From an uncultured Alphaproteobacteria bacterium (GTDB lineage Bacteria > Pseudomonadota > Alphaproteobacteria > HIMB59): a stretch of 64,000 nt of DNA. A model generated the notes under the pieces. The model was not told the origin of the DNA. It did no database searches and was given only the letters and a program-made list of their open reading frames with translations. The stretch covers positions 83,559 through 147,558 of the forward strand of contig CACDTV010000001.1 of NCBI GenBank assembly GCA_902555695.1, read 5' to 3'. A program made the translations under genes and the position numbers. Below are positions 40,959 to 51,703 of the stretch, piece by piece (within the stretch, counting starts at the first letter, position 1; every line of letters starts with the position of its first letter).

Positions 40959-42656
40959 ATGATATCTAATGACGAGTATAGCAAATTGCTAGATAAACAA
41001 TACGAGAGCGGAAATAAAATTGCAGCAAATAAAATAATATCTGGAAAAATTCTTAATATTAGTGATCAACATATAACAGTTGATATTGGATACAAAAGTG
41101 AGGGTCAAATCCCCAAAGAGGAATTTCTTAATACTGGTTCAATGGATGACCTTAAAACTGGACAGGTAATTGAAGTATTCATTGAAAAGCTTGAAGATAG
41201 AGAGGGTAATGTAAGGGTCTCACACGAAAAAGCTATCAAAATGAAGTCTTGGGAAAAATTACAAAAGCTATTTGATAATAAAGAGAGGGTAAAAGGTTTT
41301 ATTGTTGGAAAAGCAAAAGCTGGGCTCTATGTAAAAATTATGGGAACAAATGCATTTTTACCTCTTAGTCAAATAGATGTTCGACCAGTCCGAGATGTAA
41401 GTCATCTGATCAAAACAGAGGAAACATTTGAGATTCTCAAAATGGATTATTCCAAAGGAAATATTGTTGTATCAAGGAAAGCAATACTTGAAGAGAAACA
41501 AAAAGAAATAAAAGATAAAATTTTAGATAAATCAAAAACTAATTCTGTTGTTACTGGGAAAGTTAAAACTTTTACTGATTATGGAGCCTTTGTTGATCTT
41601 GGTGGAATAGATGGTTTAGTTCATTTAAGTGATATCTCATGGAGTAGAATTAACCACCCCTCTGATGTATTAGAAGTTGGAAAAAAATATGAATTTAAAA
41701 TCCTTAAAGTTTCAGATGACTCAGATAAAATTAGTCTTGGTTATAAACAACTAAAAGATGATCCTTGGGAGAAAATAGAGGATAAAATTACACTCAACGA
41801 AATTTATGATGGTAAAATTACACATATTACTGATTATGGTGCCTTTGTTCAACTTACAGATAAAGATTTAGAGGGTTTGGTTCACTCAAATGATATTAGC
41901 TGGACTAAAAAAAATATTCATCCTAATAAAATTTTAGAGGTAGGATTTAATATAAGAGTAAAAATTTTAGAAATAGATAAAGATAAGAAAAGAATTAGCC
42001 TTGGTATTAAACAAACTGAACCAAACCCTTGGGAAAATATTACTAACGATTATAAAGAAAACCAAATAATAGATACTGAAATTAAGAACATAACTGAGTT
42101 TGGAATTTTTGCCAAACTTAACGAGAATATTGACGGTCTTATTCATAAAAATGACCTATCTTGGACAGACTCAAATGGTGATAGAACTCTTAAAAAATAT
42201 CAAAAAGGACAGGCTATACAGGTTAAAATTTTAGAAATAGATCCTCAAAAAGAAAAAATTAGTTTTGGTATAAAACAATTATCTGCAGACCCTTTTCATG
42301 AATTTTTTAAAGATAAATCTAAAGGTGACATTGTATCTGCAACTATTACTAAGATAAATAATAATGGTATAGATGTAGAGGTTGCAAATTTTATAGAAAC
42401 AACAATTAGAAGAAAAGAGCTATCAAAAAATAAAGAAGAACAAAATATATCAAGGTACAACGAGGGTCAAAAAATAGATGCTAAAATTAGTTCTATAGAC
42501 CTTACAAATCGAAAATTTTCACTATCAATAAGACAACTAGAAATAGATGAGGAACAAAGTTTACTTGAAAAATATGGTTCAAAATCATCTGGTTCAGTTT
42601 TAGGAGACATTTTAGGCAAGGCTTTGGATGAGGATAAGGGCTCCAAAGAAGAATAA
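40959..42656 (+). CDS. rpsA: 30S ribosomal protein S1
   Basis: Repeated S1 domains (YGAFVDLGGIDGLVH.SDISW), VDIGYKSEG. Confidence 0.97.
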   Translation: MISNDEYSKLLDKQYESGNKIAANKIISGKILNISDQHITVDIGYKSEGQIPKEEFLNTGSMDDLKTGQVIEVFIEKLEDREGNVRVSHEKAIKMKSWEKLQKLFDNKERVKGFIVGKAKAGLYVKIMGTNAFLPLSQIDVRPVRDVSHLIKTEETFEILKMDYSKGNIVVSRKAILEEKQKEIKDKILDKSKTNSVVTGKVKTFTDYGAFVDLGGIDGLVHLSDISWSRINHPSDVLEVGKKYEFKILKVSDDSDKISLGYKQLKDDPWEKIEDKITLNEIYDGKITHITDYGAFVQLTDKDLEGLVHSNDISWTKKNIHPNKILEVGFNIRVKILEIDKDKKRISLGIKQTEPNPWENITNDYKENQIIDTEIKNITEFGIFAKLNENIDGLIHKNDLSWTDSNGDRTLKKYQKGQAIQVKILEIDPQKEKISFGIKQLSADPFHEFFKDKSKGDIVSATITKINNNGIDVEVANFIETTIRRKELSKNKEEQNISRYNEGQKIDAKISSIDLTNRKFSLSIRQLEIDEEQSLLEKYGSKSSGSVLGDILGKALDEDKGSKEE

Positions 42657-42933
42657 GTCTTATCTTTTAGAGACATTTTTGCGATCAGAAAATGATTTAA
42701 CCCCAAAAATTAATACAGCAATATTTAATAATTTCTTTCAAATTTTAGAAAAAAATATTTCTAATCATATTTTGATAGAACTAAGAAACTTTGGTGTATT
42801 TAAACCAAAATTAATGAAACCTAGGTTTGGTTCTAATCCTAGAAACAAAAAAAAAATATATATTCCATCAAAATGGAAAGTTACATTTAAACCGAGTGAG
42901 AAAGTTAATAAAAAATTAAATGAAAAAATTTAA
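42628..42933 (+). CDS. ihfB: Divergent integration host factor beta / HU family protein
   Basis: NKS, IELRNFGVF, GSNPRN, FKPS motifs; conserved position after rpsA. Confidence 0.75.
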   Translation: MRIRAPKKNKSYLLETFLRSENDLTPKINTAIFNNFFQILEKNISNHILIELRNFGVFKPKLMKPRFGSNPRNKKKIYIPSKWKVTFKPSEKVNKKLNEKI

Positions 42934-43627
42934 ATCATTCATAGCTCTAGACCTCAAATCAAATTTGCAAAATATTAGAATAGTGAAAAAACTATGTCAT
43001 CACGTTTATGGTTTTAAAGTGGGATATAGATCTTTTTATAATAATCGTTCAAATGAGCTTATCTCTGAGGTGAAAAAAACTAAATGTAAATTATTTCTTG
43101 ATTTAAAGCTTCATGATATTCCTAATACTGTAGGCAATGCCATTGACTCCTTATCGAACATAAATCCTGACTTCATTACATTACATATATCAGGAGGTAA
43201 TGAGATGATAAAAGCTGCAATAAAATCAATAAAAAAAAATAAACTAAAAACTAAAATTTTAGGAGTAACCTTATTGACTAGCCTAGATGGGAAAGATAGC
43301 GAAAAAATATATAAGGAGAAAAATACAAAAAATCTTGTAAAAAAATTTTCTGAAATAGCAAATAATGTGAATATTCACGGCCTTATTTGTTCAGGTAATG
43401 ACCTGAGAGTTTTAAGAAAATTTAATAAATTAATAAAAATAACACCTGGTGTTAAAATGTTTGCTAGAAATGATGACCAAAAAAGAGTTACTTTTGCTCA
43501 TAATGCTTTACAAGATGGTGCGAGTTTTGTTGTAATAGGTAGAGAATTAATAGAAAGCAAAAAACCATTAGATTTGTTAAAGAAATATGGCGAACAACAT
43601 AAAAATAAAAATTTGTGGACAAAATAA
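42920..43627 (+). CDS. pyrF: Orotidine-5'-phosphate decarboxylase
   Basis: IALD, FLDLKLHDIPNTV, VTLLTS, TPG, DDQKRV, VIGR. Confidence 0.96.
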   Translation: MKKFKSFIALDLKSNLQNIRIVKKLCHHVYGFKVGYRSFYNNRSNELISEVKKTKCKLFLDLKLHDIPNTVGNAIDSLSNINPDFITLHISGGNEMIKAAIKSIKKNKLKTKILGVTLLTSLDGKDSEKIYKEKNTKNLVKKFSEIANNVNIHGLICSGNDLRVLRKFNKLIKITPGVKMFARNDDQKRVTFAHNALQDGASFVVIGRELIESKKPLDLLKKYGEQHKNKNLWTK

Positions 43628-44213
43628 TCCAGCTATTATTAATCACTGTCTTGATTTAAATATTTCTTATCAAGGACTAATTTTTTATGAAAAGAGTCCA
43701 AGGTTTATTGATATGGACACTTTGACTCTTGTAAACCAATATTTTAAGTCACACAAAGATAAATTTGTAGGCGTATTTGTTAATCCATCAATTGATGAAA
43801 TTAAAAAAAAATTAGAAGTTTTTGATTTTGATACAATTCAACTTCATGGGAACGAAGATCAAAACTTTATTAGTGAAGTTAAAAGTAATTTTAAGAAAAA
43901 AATTTATAAATCAATATCCCCTAATGATTTTAAAACCACTGAGTTAATTGATGTGGATCAGTTCCTCATTGAAGCGAAACCCTCTTCAAATCAAATGCCA
44001 GGAGGAAACAATAAAACTTGGGATTGGTCTGATTTTAAAAATGTTAAAAAACTTCCTTATATTTTGTCAGGAGGTCTAAATGTCACTAATATCAAAAAAG
44101 CAATTAGCTTAACAGGTGCAGATTTTATTGATATAAACTCTGGTGTAGAGGAGCAAATAGGTGAAAAGAGCCTTACTTTGATAGATAATATTATTTCATC
44201 AATTTATAACTAA
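43587..44213 (+). CDS. trpF: Phosphoribosylanthranilate isomerase
   Basis: KIKICG, FYEKSPR, VGVFVN, QLHGNE, LSGGL, DINSGVE. Confidence 0.94.
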   Translation: MANNIKIKICGQNNPAIINHCLDLNISYQGLIFYEKSPRFIDMDTLTLVNQYFKSHKDKFVGVFVNPSIDEIKKKLEVFDFDTIQLHGNEDQNFISEVKSNFKKKIYKSISPNDFKTTELIDVDQFLIEAKPSSNQMPGGNNKTWDWSDFKNVKKLPYILSGGLNVTNIKKAISLTGADFIDINSGVEEQIGEKSLTLIDNIISSIYN

Positions 44214-45418
44214 TGAAAACATATAAACAACCTAGCTCTGTTGGAAGATTTGGTGAATTTGGTGGCATGTATGTCTCAGAAACGCTAATGCCCTTATTAT
44301 TAAATTTAGATAAATCATACAAAAAAATTCAAAAGGATAAAAAATTTAAAAAAGAGCTAAATGATCTTTTTAAAAACTATGTTGGTAGGCCCTCTTCTTT
44401 GCACTATGCTAAAAATTTATCTAAATATATCAATGGGCCGAAAGTATATTTTAAAAGAGATGAGCTAAATCATACTGGAGCCCATAAAATCAATAATTGC
44501 TTAGGACAAATACTCCTTGCAAAAAAAATGGGCAAAACAAGGATTATTGCTGAAACAGGTGCTGGACAACATGGAGTTGCAACAGCTACTGTATGTGCTC
44601 TTTTTGGCCTTCCTTGTTATATCTACATGGGGTCTAAAGATATCGAAAGACAAAAACCTAATGTTTTTAGAATGAAGCTTCTGGGTGCCACCATTATTCC
44701 AGTTGAGTCTGGCAGTAAATCTTTAAAAGATGCTATGAATGAAGCTTTGAGAGATTGGATTAAAAACGTCAGAGATACTTTTTATATTATCGGTTCTACT
44801 GCAGGTCCTCACCCCTACCCGAAAATGGTAAGAGATTTCCAATCTGTAATTGGTAAAGAGGCGAGAGAGCAGATATTAAAAGTAGAGAAAAAATTACCAG
44901 ATTTTTTGATAGCTTGTGTTGGAGGCGGATCAAATGCCATGGGTTTATTTTATCCATTTTTGAATGATAAAAAGGTAAAAATTATTGGAGTTGAGGCGGC
45001 TGGTAGAGGCGCTAAAACAGAAGAAACAGCGGCTACAATGACCTCTGGAACTCCTGGTATTCTTCATGGTAGTTACAGTTATGTCTTACAAGACAACGAT
45101 GGACAAATAAAAGAGGCTCACTCTATTTCAGCCGGTCTCGATTACCCTGGTGTCGGACCTGAACACTCTTACTTAAAAGATATTAAAAGAGTTAAGTACT
45201 ATGGTATAACTGACAAAGAAGCTCTTGAAGCATTTCAAACATGTTCAAAACTAGAGGGAATTATTCCAGCACTGGAGCCTTCCCATGCCCTAGCTTACTT
45301 AATTAAAGCATTTAAAAATAAACATAAAAACAAAGTTGTAATTTTAAATTTGTGTGGACGAGGTGATAAAGATTTATTTACTGCAGCTAAAGCAATAGGA
45401 TTTGATGCAGATGAATAA
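44213..45418 (+). CDS. trpB: Tryptophan synthase beta chain
   Basis: [42 protein letters not shown]. Confidence 0.98.
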   Translation: MKTYKQPSSVGRFGEFGGMYVSETLMPLLLNLDKSYKKIQKDKKFKKELNDLFKNYVGRPSSLHYAKNLSKYINGPKVYFKRDELNHTGAHKINNCLGQILLAKKMGKTRIIAETGAGQHGVATATVCALFGLPCYIYMGSKDIERQKPNVFRMKLLGATIIPVESGSKSLKDAMNEALRDWIKNVRDTFYIIGSTAGPHPYPKMVRDFQSVIGKEAREQILKVEKKLPDFLIACVGGGSNAMGLFYPFLNDKKVKIIGVEAAGRGAKTEETAATMTSGTPGILHGSYSYVLQDNDGQIKEAHSISAGLDYPGVGPEHSYLKDIKRVKYYGITDKEALEAFQTCSKLEGIIPALEPSHALAYLIKAFKNKHKNKVVILNLCGRGDKDLFTAAKAIGFDADE

Positions 45419-46187
45419 TCTAGACTCTCTTCCTAAGAAAAAAATACTATCATTATTTATGACGTGTGGGTTTCCTACGCTAAATTATAGCAAAAAGATT
45501 TTTAATGAAATGTTATCTCATCAACCAGATATTATTGAGTTTGGGCTTCCCTTTTCTGATCCAATGGCAGATGGCCCTATTATCCAAGAGGCAAATAAAC
45601 TTGCACTTAGATCTAAATTATCAACACAACATTCACTAAATTTAATTAAATATTTAAGTAAATCTAAAAATAATACTTCATTTGTTATCATGTGTTATTT
45701 AAATACTATTCGTAAATTTGGATTAAATAAATTCATCAAAAATATAAAAAATATTGTCGATGGTATTATAATTGTTGATTTGCCTTTTGAAGAGGAGAGT
45801 GCAATAAAAAATTCATTATCTAAAAATAACATTCACTTGATCAAGTTGATCTCTCCAATGACTGATAAAAAAAGATCACAAAAACTCCTAAAAAACTCAA
45901 AAGGATTCATTTATTATATATCAGCAACTGGTATCACAGGTTCAAATAAATTAGATTACAAAGAAATAAACAAAAATGTTAAATCTATAAAAAAAATGTC
46001 TTCTGTTCCTGTTTTAGTTGGATTTGGGATCAAGTCTAAAAAAGATGTCATAGATATATTTAAAAAAACGAATGCAGATGGTGTTATAATTGGCTCAGCT
46101 CTTATTCAAAAATATTTTGATCTAAAAATGGATTTTAACAAGTATCTTAAAGGCCTTAAAAAATTTATTAAAGAGGTTAAGGTCTAA
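45402..46187 (+). CDS. trpA: Tryptophan synthase alpha chain
   Basis: [37 protein letters not shown]. True start may be the ATG at 45405 or 45411. Confidence 0.96.
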   Translation: MMQMNNLDSLPKKKILSLFMTCGFPTLNYSKKIFNEMLSHQPDIIEFGLPFSDPMADGPIIQEANKLALRSKLSTQHSLNLIKYLSKSKNNTSFVIMCYLNTIRKFGLNKFIKNIKNIVDGIIIVDLPFEEESAIKNSLSKNNIHLIKLISPMTDKKRSQKLLKNSKGFIYYISATGITGSNKLDYKEINKNVKSIKKMSSVPVLVGFGIKSKKDVIDIFKKTNADGVIIGSALIQKYFDLKMDFNKYLKGLKKFIKEVKV

Positions 46188-46190
46188 AAA

Positions 46191-47036
46191 ATGAACTGGC
46201 TCACAGATTATGTAAAACCTAAATTAAGCTCCCTTGTTAATCGAAAAGAACCTCCATCTGATTTATGGACCAAGTGTGGATGCGGGGAAAGAACACTTTA
46301 TGTAAGTGATTTAAAAGAAAATCTTAATGTTTGTTCATATTGTGACTTTCATATGGGTATAGATGTAAATAGTAGATTAAAAAATTTATTTGATAATGAA
46401 AATTATGAACTAATTGAGGTGCCTTTTGAAAATAATGATCCTCTAAAATTTAAAGATCTTAAAAAATACACAGATAGGATGAAAGCTGCACAAAAGAAAA
46501 CTGATCAAAAAGATGCCGCTATTTTAGCTAAAGGCGAAATTGGGAGTACAAAAGTTGTAGTTTTTATTTTAGATTTTAATTTTATGGGCGGTTCAATGGG
46601 TCAATTTGTTGGTGAAGCATTTAAAATTGGTTGTCAAAACGCTGTTGATTTGAATTGTCCATTTATATCTGTTGCTTCCTCAGGAGGTGCAAGGATGCAA
46701 GAAGGTATTGTAAGTTTAATGCAACTACCTAAAACGGTTGCAGCTGTGAATATGCTAGACCAACATAAAATTCCTTACATAAGTGTTCTAACTCATCCTA
46801 CTACTGGGGGTGTGAGTGCTTCGTTTGCGATGCTTGGAGATATTATTATTGCTGAAAAAGGCAGTATGATTGGTTTTGCTGGAAAAAGAGTTATCGAAGA
46901 GACGATCAAAGAACAATTACCTGAGGATTTTCAGACTGCCGAATACCTTCTTGAACACGGAATGGTTGATATGGTTGTCCATCGAAAAGAATTAAGTCAA
47001 ACACTTTCAAAAGTTTTATCATTCGTAAAAAAATAA
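46191..47036 (+). CDS. accD: Acetyl-CoA carboxylase carboxyltransferase beta subunit
   Basis: FMGGSMG, SGGARMQEG, PTTGGVSASFA, FQTAEYLLEHG. Confidence 0.97.
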   Translation: MNWLTDYVKPKLSSLVNRKEPPSDLWTKCGCGERTLYVSDLKENLNVCSYCDFHMGIDVNSRLKNLFDNENYELIEVPFENNDPLKFKDLKKYTDRMKAAQKKTDQKDAAILAKGEIGSTKVVVFILDFNFMGGSMGQFVGEAFKIGCQNAVDLNCPFISVASSGGARMQEGIVSLMQLPKTVAAVNMLDQHKIPYISVLTHPTTGGVSASFAMLGDIIIAEKGSMIGFAGKRVIEETIKEQLPEDFQTAEYLLEHGMVDMVVHRKELSQTLSKVLSFVKK

Positions 47037-47040
47037 ATTC

Positions 47041-48288
47041 TTGAAAGATCCCATTTTTCAAAGACTACTAAATCTACATCCAAAATTTTCAGACTTATCT
47101 TTAGGGAGAATTAAAAAACTTTTAAAGAAAATAAATTTTGATGAAAATTTACTGCCCAAAGTCATTCACATAGCTGGTACTAATGGAAAAGGCTCAACAG
47201 CAGCTATTTTAAAATCAATTCTCAATCATCATGATTATTCAACACACGTGTACTCCACTCCTCACCTAGTAAAATTTAATGAAAGAATTCAATTAAGATC
47301 TAAAGAAATTTCAAATCAAAAATTATTAAAATATTTAAAGTTTTGCGAAGATAAAAATGAAGGGAATTTGATAACATTTTTTGAAATTACTACTGCGGCA
47401 GCGTTTAAAGCTTTTCAAGATCATAAAGCTGACTATCTAATATTAGAGGTTGGACTTGGAGGAAGATTTGATGCTACAAATATTTTAAAAAAATCAAAGT
47501 ATGCAGTTATTACTCCAATTTCCTTAGATCATCAAGATTATTTAGGAAATTCATTGGATCAAATTGCTTTTGAGAAATTAGGAATATTGAACTCAAAAAG
47601 TACAATTTTTATTAATCAACAAAAAACAAATGTTATGAAATTTATTAAGTCACAATTAAAAAAAAGAAAATTAAATGCAAATATATTTAATACACATTGG
47701 GAAATAAAATCTAATTTTTATTTATCGAATGATATAAGAGTTAATTTATCAAAATTAAGTTTAAAAGGATCACATCAATTAATTAATGCTGGATTAGCAA
47801 TACATTTAGCGAGGAATATATTGAAAGAAAAGTTTTTAATAGAAAAAACAGAAAAAGCGTTGATGAATTGTGAGTGGCCTGGGAGATTGCAGCAAATTAA
47901 GAGCGGACTTTTAAATAAAAAAATAAAGAAATATAAAAATATTTATTTAGATGGCTTTCACAATATCGATGGCATGAAAGCATTAATTAAATCATTACCA
48001 AAAAATAGGAAGATACTCATATGCTCTTTTTTAAAAAATAAAAAATATATTCAGATGCTTTCTAACTTATCAAATCATTTTAATAAAATAATTGTTGTTA
48101 AAATGAACGAGGAAAACTCTATCACTGAGGATTTGCTGCCCAAATACCTGAAGCTCTATTTTGCAAACTCCTTAACAGTTTCATTTAAAATGATTAATAA
48201 ATTCTCATCAAATCAGACCACAATTTATTTTGGAGGATCATTATATTTTATTGGTGAAGTGATAAAATTAAATCGTTTAAAAAATTAG
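47041..48288 (+). CDS. folC: Folylpolyglutamate synthase / dihydrofolate synthase
   Basis: HIAGTNGKGS, PHLVKFNERI, LEVGLGGRFDATN, WPGRLQ, DGFHN, GSLY. Confidence 0.95.
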   Translation: MKDPIFQRLLNLHPKFSDLSLGRIKKLLKKINFDENLLPKVIHIAGTNGKGSTAAILKSILNHHDYSTHVYSTPHLVKFNERIQLRSKEISNQKLLKYLKFCEDKNEGNLITFFEITTAAAFKAFQDHKADYLILEVGLGGRFDATNILKKSKYAVITPISLDHQDYLGNSLDQIAFEKLGILNSKSTIFINQQKTNVMKFIKSQLKKRKLNANIFNTHWEIKSNFYLSNDIRVNLSKLSLKGSHQLINAGLAIHLARNILKEKFLIEKTEKALMNCEWPGRLQQIKSGLLNKKIKKYKNIYLDGFHNIDGMKALIKSLPKNRKILICSFLKNKKYIQMLSNLSNHFNKIIVVKMNEENSITEDLLPKYLKLYFANSLTVSFKMINKFSSNQTTIYFGGSLYFIGEVIKLNRLKN

Positions 48289-48400
48289 ATTTTCTCATTA
48301 TATAGTGCCAAATAGCAAAAATATTCCCATTTATAAAGATATATTGATTGATCTAAATTTTCTCAGAAAAGTACGAATTAATAACTAACCTTAATCCTCC

Positions 48401-48436
48401 AGAACCATTCTTGTGGTTTTCTTCAAGAATGGTTCT
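48401..48436. repeat. Perfect 13-bp inverted repeat between convergent genes (terminator-like hairpin)
   Basis: AGAACCATTCTTG-N10-CAAGAATGGTTCT next to the stop codon at 48438-48440; no clear U-tract on either strand. Confidence 0.6.
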
Positions 48437-48437
48437 A

Positions 48438-48773
48438 CTAGATTTTCTTTTTGTTTTTCAAATAAAGTAGTAAGGCTAGTCCTTCGTATGCAATTTTCCA
48501 TAATTGTCTAAATAATGGTAGCTTCAACAATAAAGACAGGTATCTCCATTTTGGAATTGTATCCCATAAAACTAAAAAGGACTCTGATCCAGAAACAATT
48601 TTTCCATCATGATATACATGCATTCTTCTAAATAAATCTTTTTTGGAGAGATGATTTATATGCTCATCTTTATTTTTTGAAATATCAACATAGTTTATAT
48701 TACAGGTTTTCTTTTTATAGTGACTTATCTCTGCATTACAAATATTACATGAACCATTAAAGTATACTTTCAT
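48438..48773 (-). CDS. DCC1-like thiol-disulfide oxidoreductase (DUF393)
   Basis: VYFNGSCNIC (D/NxxCxxC), MHV, GSESF..LW. Confidence 0.85.
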   Translation of the reverse strand: MKVYFNGSCNICNAEISHYKKKTCNINYVDISKNKDEHINHLSKKDLFRRMHVYHDGKIVSGSESFLVLWDTIPKWRYLSLLLKLPLFRQLWKIAYEGLALLLYLKNKKKI

Positions 48774-48778
48774 TTTGA

Positions 48779-49393
48779 TTATGCGGGTGGTGGTATTGAG
48801 CCATCTTTAAATAGATCATATCCCTTTAAGACAGCTGGTCTAAGTGATATTTGATTATACCAACGCAATAGATTGATATATTTATTCAGACCTATATCAT
48901 GAATTGGATGTCTAGCGATCCAAGGAAATGTTGCGATATCTGCAATTGAATATTCATTTGCCAAATATTCATTTTTAGACAAATGATCATCTAAATTTTT
49001 GTATATCGTTTCTGCAATTTTAAAATATCTATCTTCACCAAAATCACTTTTACCGAGATTATAATGATGAAATTGATGATGCTGACCTAACATAGGGCCT
49101 ATATAACCCATTTGAGCCATCAACCACTGGGTTGTTAAACTTTGATTTGAGCCATAAAATTCTCCTGATAAATTTGCCAAGTAAATTAAGATAGCACCAG
49201 ACTCAAATATGGTCTTATTATCATGTCTTAAAACAGGAATTTTTGAAAATGGAGAAATTTTTTTAAACTCATCGTTGAATTGTTCACCCTTATTTAAATT
49301 AATTAAAGTCAAATCATAACTCTCATTAATCTCCTCTAACATTATTGAAATTTTTCTTGCATTTGGAGTTGAGTCTGCAAATAACTCAAACAT
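48779..49393 (-). CDS. Glutathione S-transferase (YfcG/Nu-class-like)
   Basis: TPNARKISIMLEE, KIPVL, IFESGAILIYLA, GPMLGQ, YSIADIA.FPW. Confidence 0.9.
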   Translation of the reverse strand: MFELFADSTPNARKISIMLEEINESYDLTLINLNKGEQFNDEFKKISPFSKIPVLRHDNKTIFESGAILIYLANLSGEFYGSNQSLTTQWLMAQMGYIGPMLGQHHQFHHYNLGKSDFGEDRYFKIAETIYKNLDDHLSKNEYLANEYSIADIATFPWIARHPIHDIGLNKYINLLRWYNQISLRPAVLKGYDLFKDGSIPPPA

Positions 49394-49729
49394 TCAAATT
49401 AAACTCATAATATATTTATGAACAAAATATCCTATTACGAGTAAAGTCAATCCAATTAAGTAAATTAACCAAAAATTCATATTGAGATTTTTTGCAAAGA
49501 AAAAAGGTAAGAAAAATAAATATGAGACAGGTACTCCAATAAGAATGCTTTTTGCAAATATTACAGTATTTTCAGTATTTTTATGCTCTAAGAAAGAGAA
49601 GGCTATGGCTATTATACTTGCTATTGGAAGAGCAATAATAAATCCAGATAGCTCAGGTTTTTTACCGGAAAGCCAACTTGCAAATGCAATCACAAGAGCA
49701 GCTAATAAAACTTTTAAAGCAAAAATCAT
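49394..49729 (-). CDS. Small membrane protein (DUF3147-like)
   Basis: Four hydrophobic segments, GFIIALP motif. Confidence 0.6.
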   Translation of the reverse strand: MIFALKVLLAALVIAFASWLSGKKPELSGFIIALPIASIIAIAFSFLEHKNTENTVIFAKSILIGVPVSYLFFLPFFFAKNLNMNFWLIYLIGLTLLVIGYFVHKYIMSLI

Positions 49730-49759
49730 AATTAACTACTTTATACTAATTAATTACAA

Positions 49760-50593
49760 TTAAAGATTATTTTCAGGTATTAAGAAAGTTGTTGATGCCC
49801 AATCACTATGCCAGATTGGCTCATTTTTTTCTGGGTCTTCTTTTAATGGATAAATCACAACTGAGTCTAAAAGATATTCCCTTCCTGGTTCAATATCAAA
49901 AGTGAATTTTCCTTTATCATCCGTTATGGTATTTACAATTGATAACTTTGTATTTTTATATTTCGAAAAAATTGTAACAAGATTTTTTTTTAGTGGTTTT
50001 TTTTTGTAAAATAAAGTTCCACTCATTTGCTTTGAATTCAATTCTTTGTAAGGATTTTGGTCTAAAACAAATTCAAATAGAAGTCCTGTTTTTTTATCCT
50101 TCCCCTCACTGCCATTTAGTGTAATAAGAGATTTTGCATAACGACGATAACTCTCAATAAAATTACTTTCGGGAAATCCTTTCTCAAAATGAGTATTGAT
50201 TAGTTGCTGGTAACCTTTTTCATTAACAAAATCCTCGAATTTTTGAAACTTTTTATAATCAACATATTTATCTTTAGTTTCATGATAAATAATTAATAAA
50301 TTGTCTAAATTAGTCGTTATATTAATTGCAGGCACATCACCTAGTATGCCTTTTATTTTTTCTTTTTTATTTTTGGATCCAGATAATATTTTAAATGTTT
50401 TAAAATCTTGTGGATTATACATTAAAACCATACCTTGAAATTCTTGTCCTACCCTCAAGTGAGCATTTATTAAGTCATCATTAATTTGATATTGCGTAGG
50501 CTCGATCCAAAATTCATGAGCGTTTGCTCTAATAGAATAAGCAATAAGGAGAAAAAAAATATAAAGAATTTTTAGATGAATTTTGGTAAACAT
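49760..50593 (-). CDS. DUF4198 periplasmic protein (Ni/Co uptake-associated)
   Basis: Signal peptide then AHEFWIEP, ESYRRYAKSL, TDDKG, WHSDWASTTF. Confidence 0.8.
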   Translation of the reverse strand: MFTKIHLKILYIFFLLIAYSIRANAHEFWIEPTQYQINDDLINAHLRVGQEFQGMVLMYNPQDFKTFKILSGSKNKKEKIKGILGDVPAINITTNLDNLLIIYHETKDKYVDYKKFQKFEDFVNEKGYQQLINTHFEKGFPESNFIESYRRYAKSLITLNGSEGKDKKTGLLFEFVLDQNPYKELNSKQMSGTLFYKKKPLKKNLVTIFSKYKNTKLSIVNTITDDKGKFTFDIEPGREYLLDSVVIYPLKEDPEKNEPIWHSDWASTTFLIPENNL

Positions 50594-50599
50594 GACCGA

Positions 50600-51703
50600 A
50601 TGATAAAGTACTTATTTTTTCTAATTTTAATATTGAGCTCTCCTCTGCATTCACACGAAATTAAACCCGCGGTGATGGATATTACCATTATTGAAGGAAA
50701 TGCATCAATCGAATTTAAATTAAATGCAGAAACTGTTCTTTCTGAAATTGATGCCTCTTTATATCAGGATACCAACGACTCACCTCAATCTCAAAAATAT
50801 GATGCGTTACGGGCCCTTTCCACTGAAGAAGTAGAGAAAATGGTCATAGAAAATGAAAACAAATTTAAAGATAAGATTAAAATCAATATCGGAGATGAAA
50901 CTATTCCGCTTTCTCTAAGAAATGTAGATACTTTTCAAGAAATAAACGATGAATTTCCCAGAGATACAACTTTAAACATAGGTTTTGAAATAAAAGATGA
51001 GTCTTTTACCATTCAATTTGAAAAAGAATTGGGTCCCGTGGTAATTAGACATTTTGAGGATTTATCAAAAGAGTCTGTTTTATTTACAACTTATTTACAA
51101 CCTGCTGAAAGATCATCACTCATATCCCAACAGACACGGTCTTCAGCTTTAAGTACAACAATTGAATATTTAGTTTTAGGGATAGAACATATTGTTCCTA
51201 AGGGACTTGACCATATCTTATTCATAATAGGTATCTTTTTTTACGCCATCAAATTTAAACCTTTATTACTTCAAGTCACAATGTTTACAGTTGCGCATTC
51301 GATCACACTTATTCTAGCTAGTTTTAATTTAATTTTTATACCTGCTGCTATTGTTGAACCGTTAATAGCATTGTCTATAAGCTATGTTGCAATTGAGAAT
51401 ATATTTCAAAGACGTTCAACTTTACTTCGGTATTTAATAATTTTTATTTTTGGATTAATTCATGGTTTAGGTTTTGCGTTTGTTCTGGGAGATATTGGGT
51501 TAAATACAAGTCAACTTGTTTTAAGTTTAATCTCATTTAACATTGGTGTAGAAATAGCACAGATAGCAATTATTATCTTAGCATCAATTATCTTTATAAT
51601 ACCTTCACGTCAAAGTTGGTATAGAGCATTTTTGCAAATTCCTATTTCGATTATAATTTCAATGATTGGTTTATATTGGTTTATTGAAAGAGTATTCTTT
51701 TAA
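50600..51703 (+). CDS. HupE/UreJ family membrane protein with periplasmic N-terminal domain
   Basis: GIEHI..GLDHILF, FTVAHSITL, VEPLIALSI, FGLIHGLGFA, FNIGVEIAQ. The ATG at 50600 is preferred over 50576. Confidence 0.88.
   Translation: MIKYLFFLILILSSPLHSHEIKPAVMDITIIEGNASIEFKLNAETVLSEIDASLYQDTNDSPQSQKYDALRALSTEEVEKMVIENENKFKDKIKINIGDETIPLSLRNVDTFQEINDEFPRDTTLNIGFEIKDESFTIQFEKELGPVVIRHFEDLSKESVLFTTYLQPAERSSLISQQTRSSALSTTIEYLVLGIEHIVPKGLDHILFIIGIFFYAIKFKPLLLQVTMFTVAHSITLILASFNLIFIPAAIVEPLIALSISYVAIENIFQRRSTLLRYLIIFIFGLIHGLGFAFVLGDIGLNTSQLVLSLISFNIGVEIAQIAIIILASIIFIIPSRQSWYRAFLQIPISIIISMIGLYWFIERVFF

Noticed and set aside
48289-48400. Possible membrane-protein gene remnant on the minus strand (FRSINISL*MGIFLLFGTI*)
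   Set aside because: Too short and interrupted to support a pseudogene call without a search.
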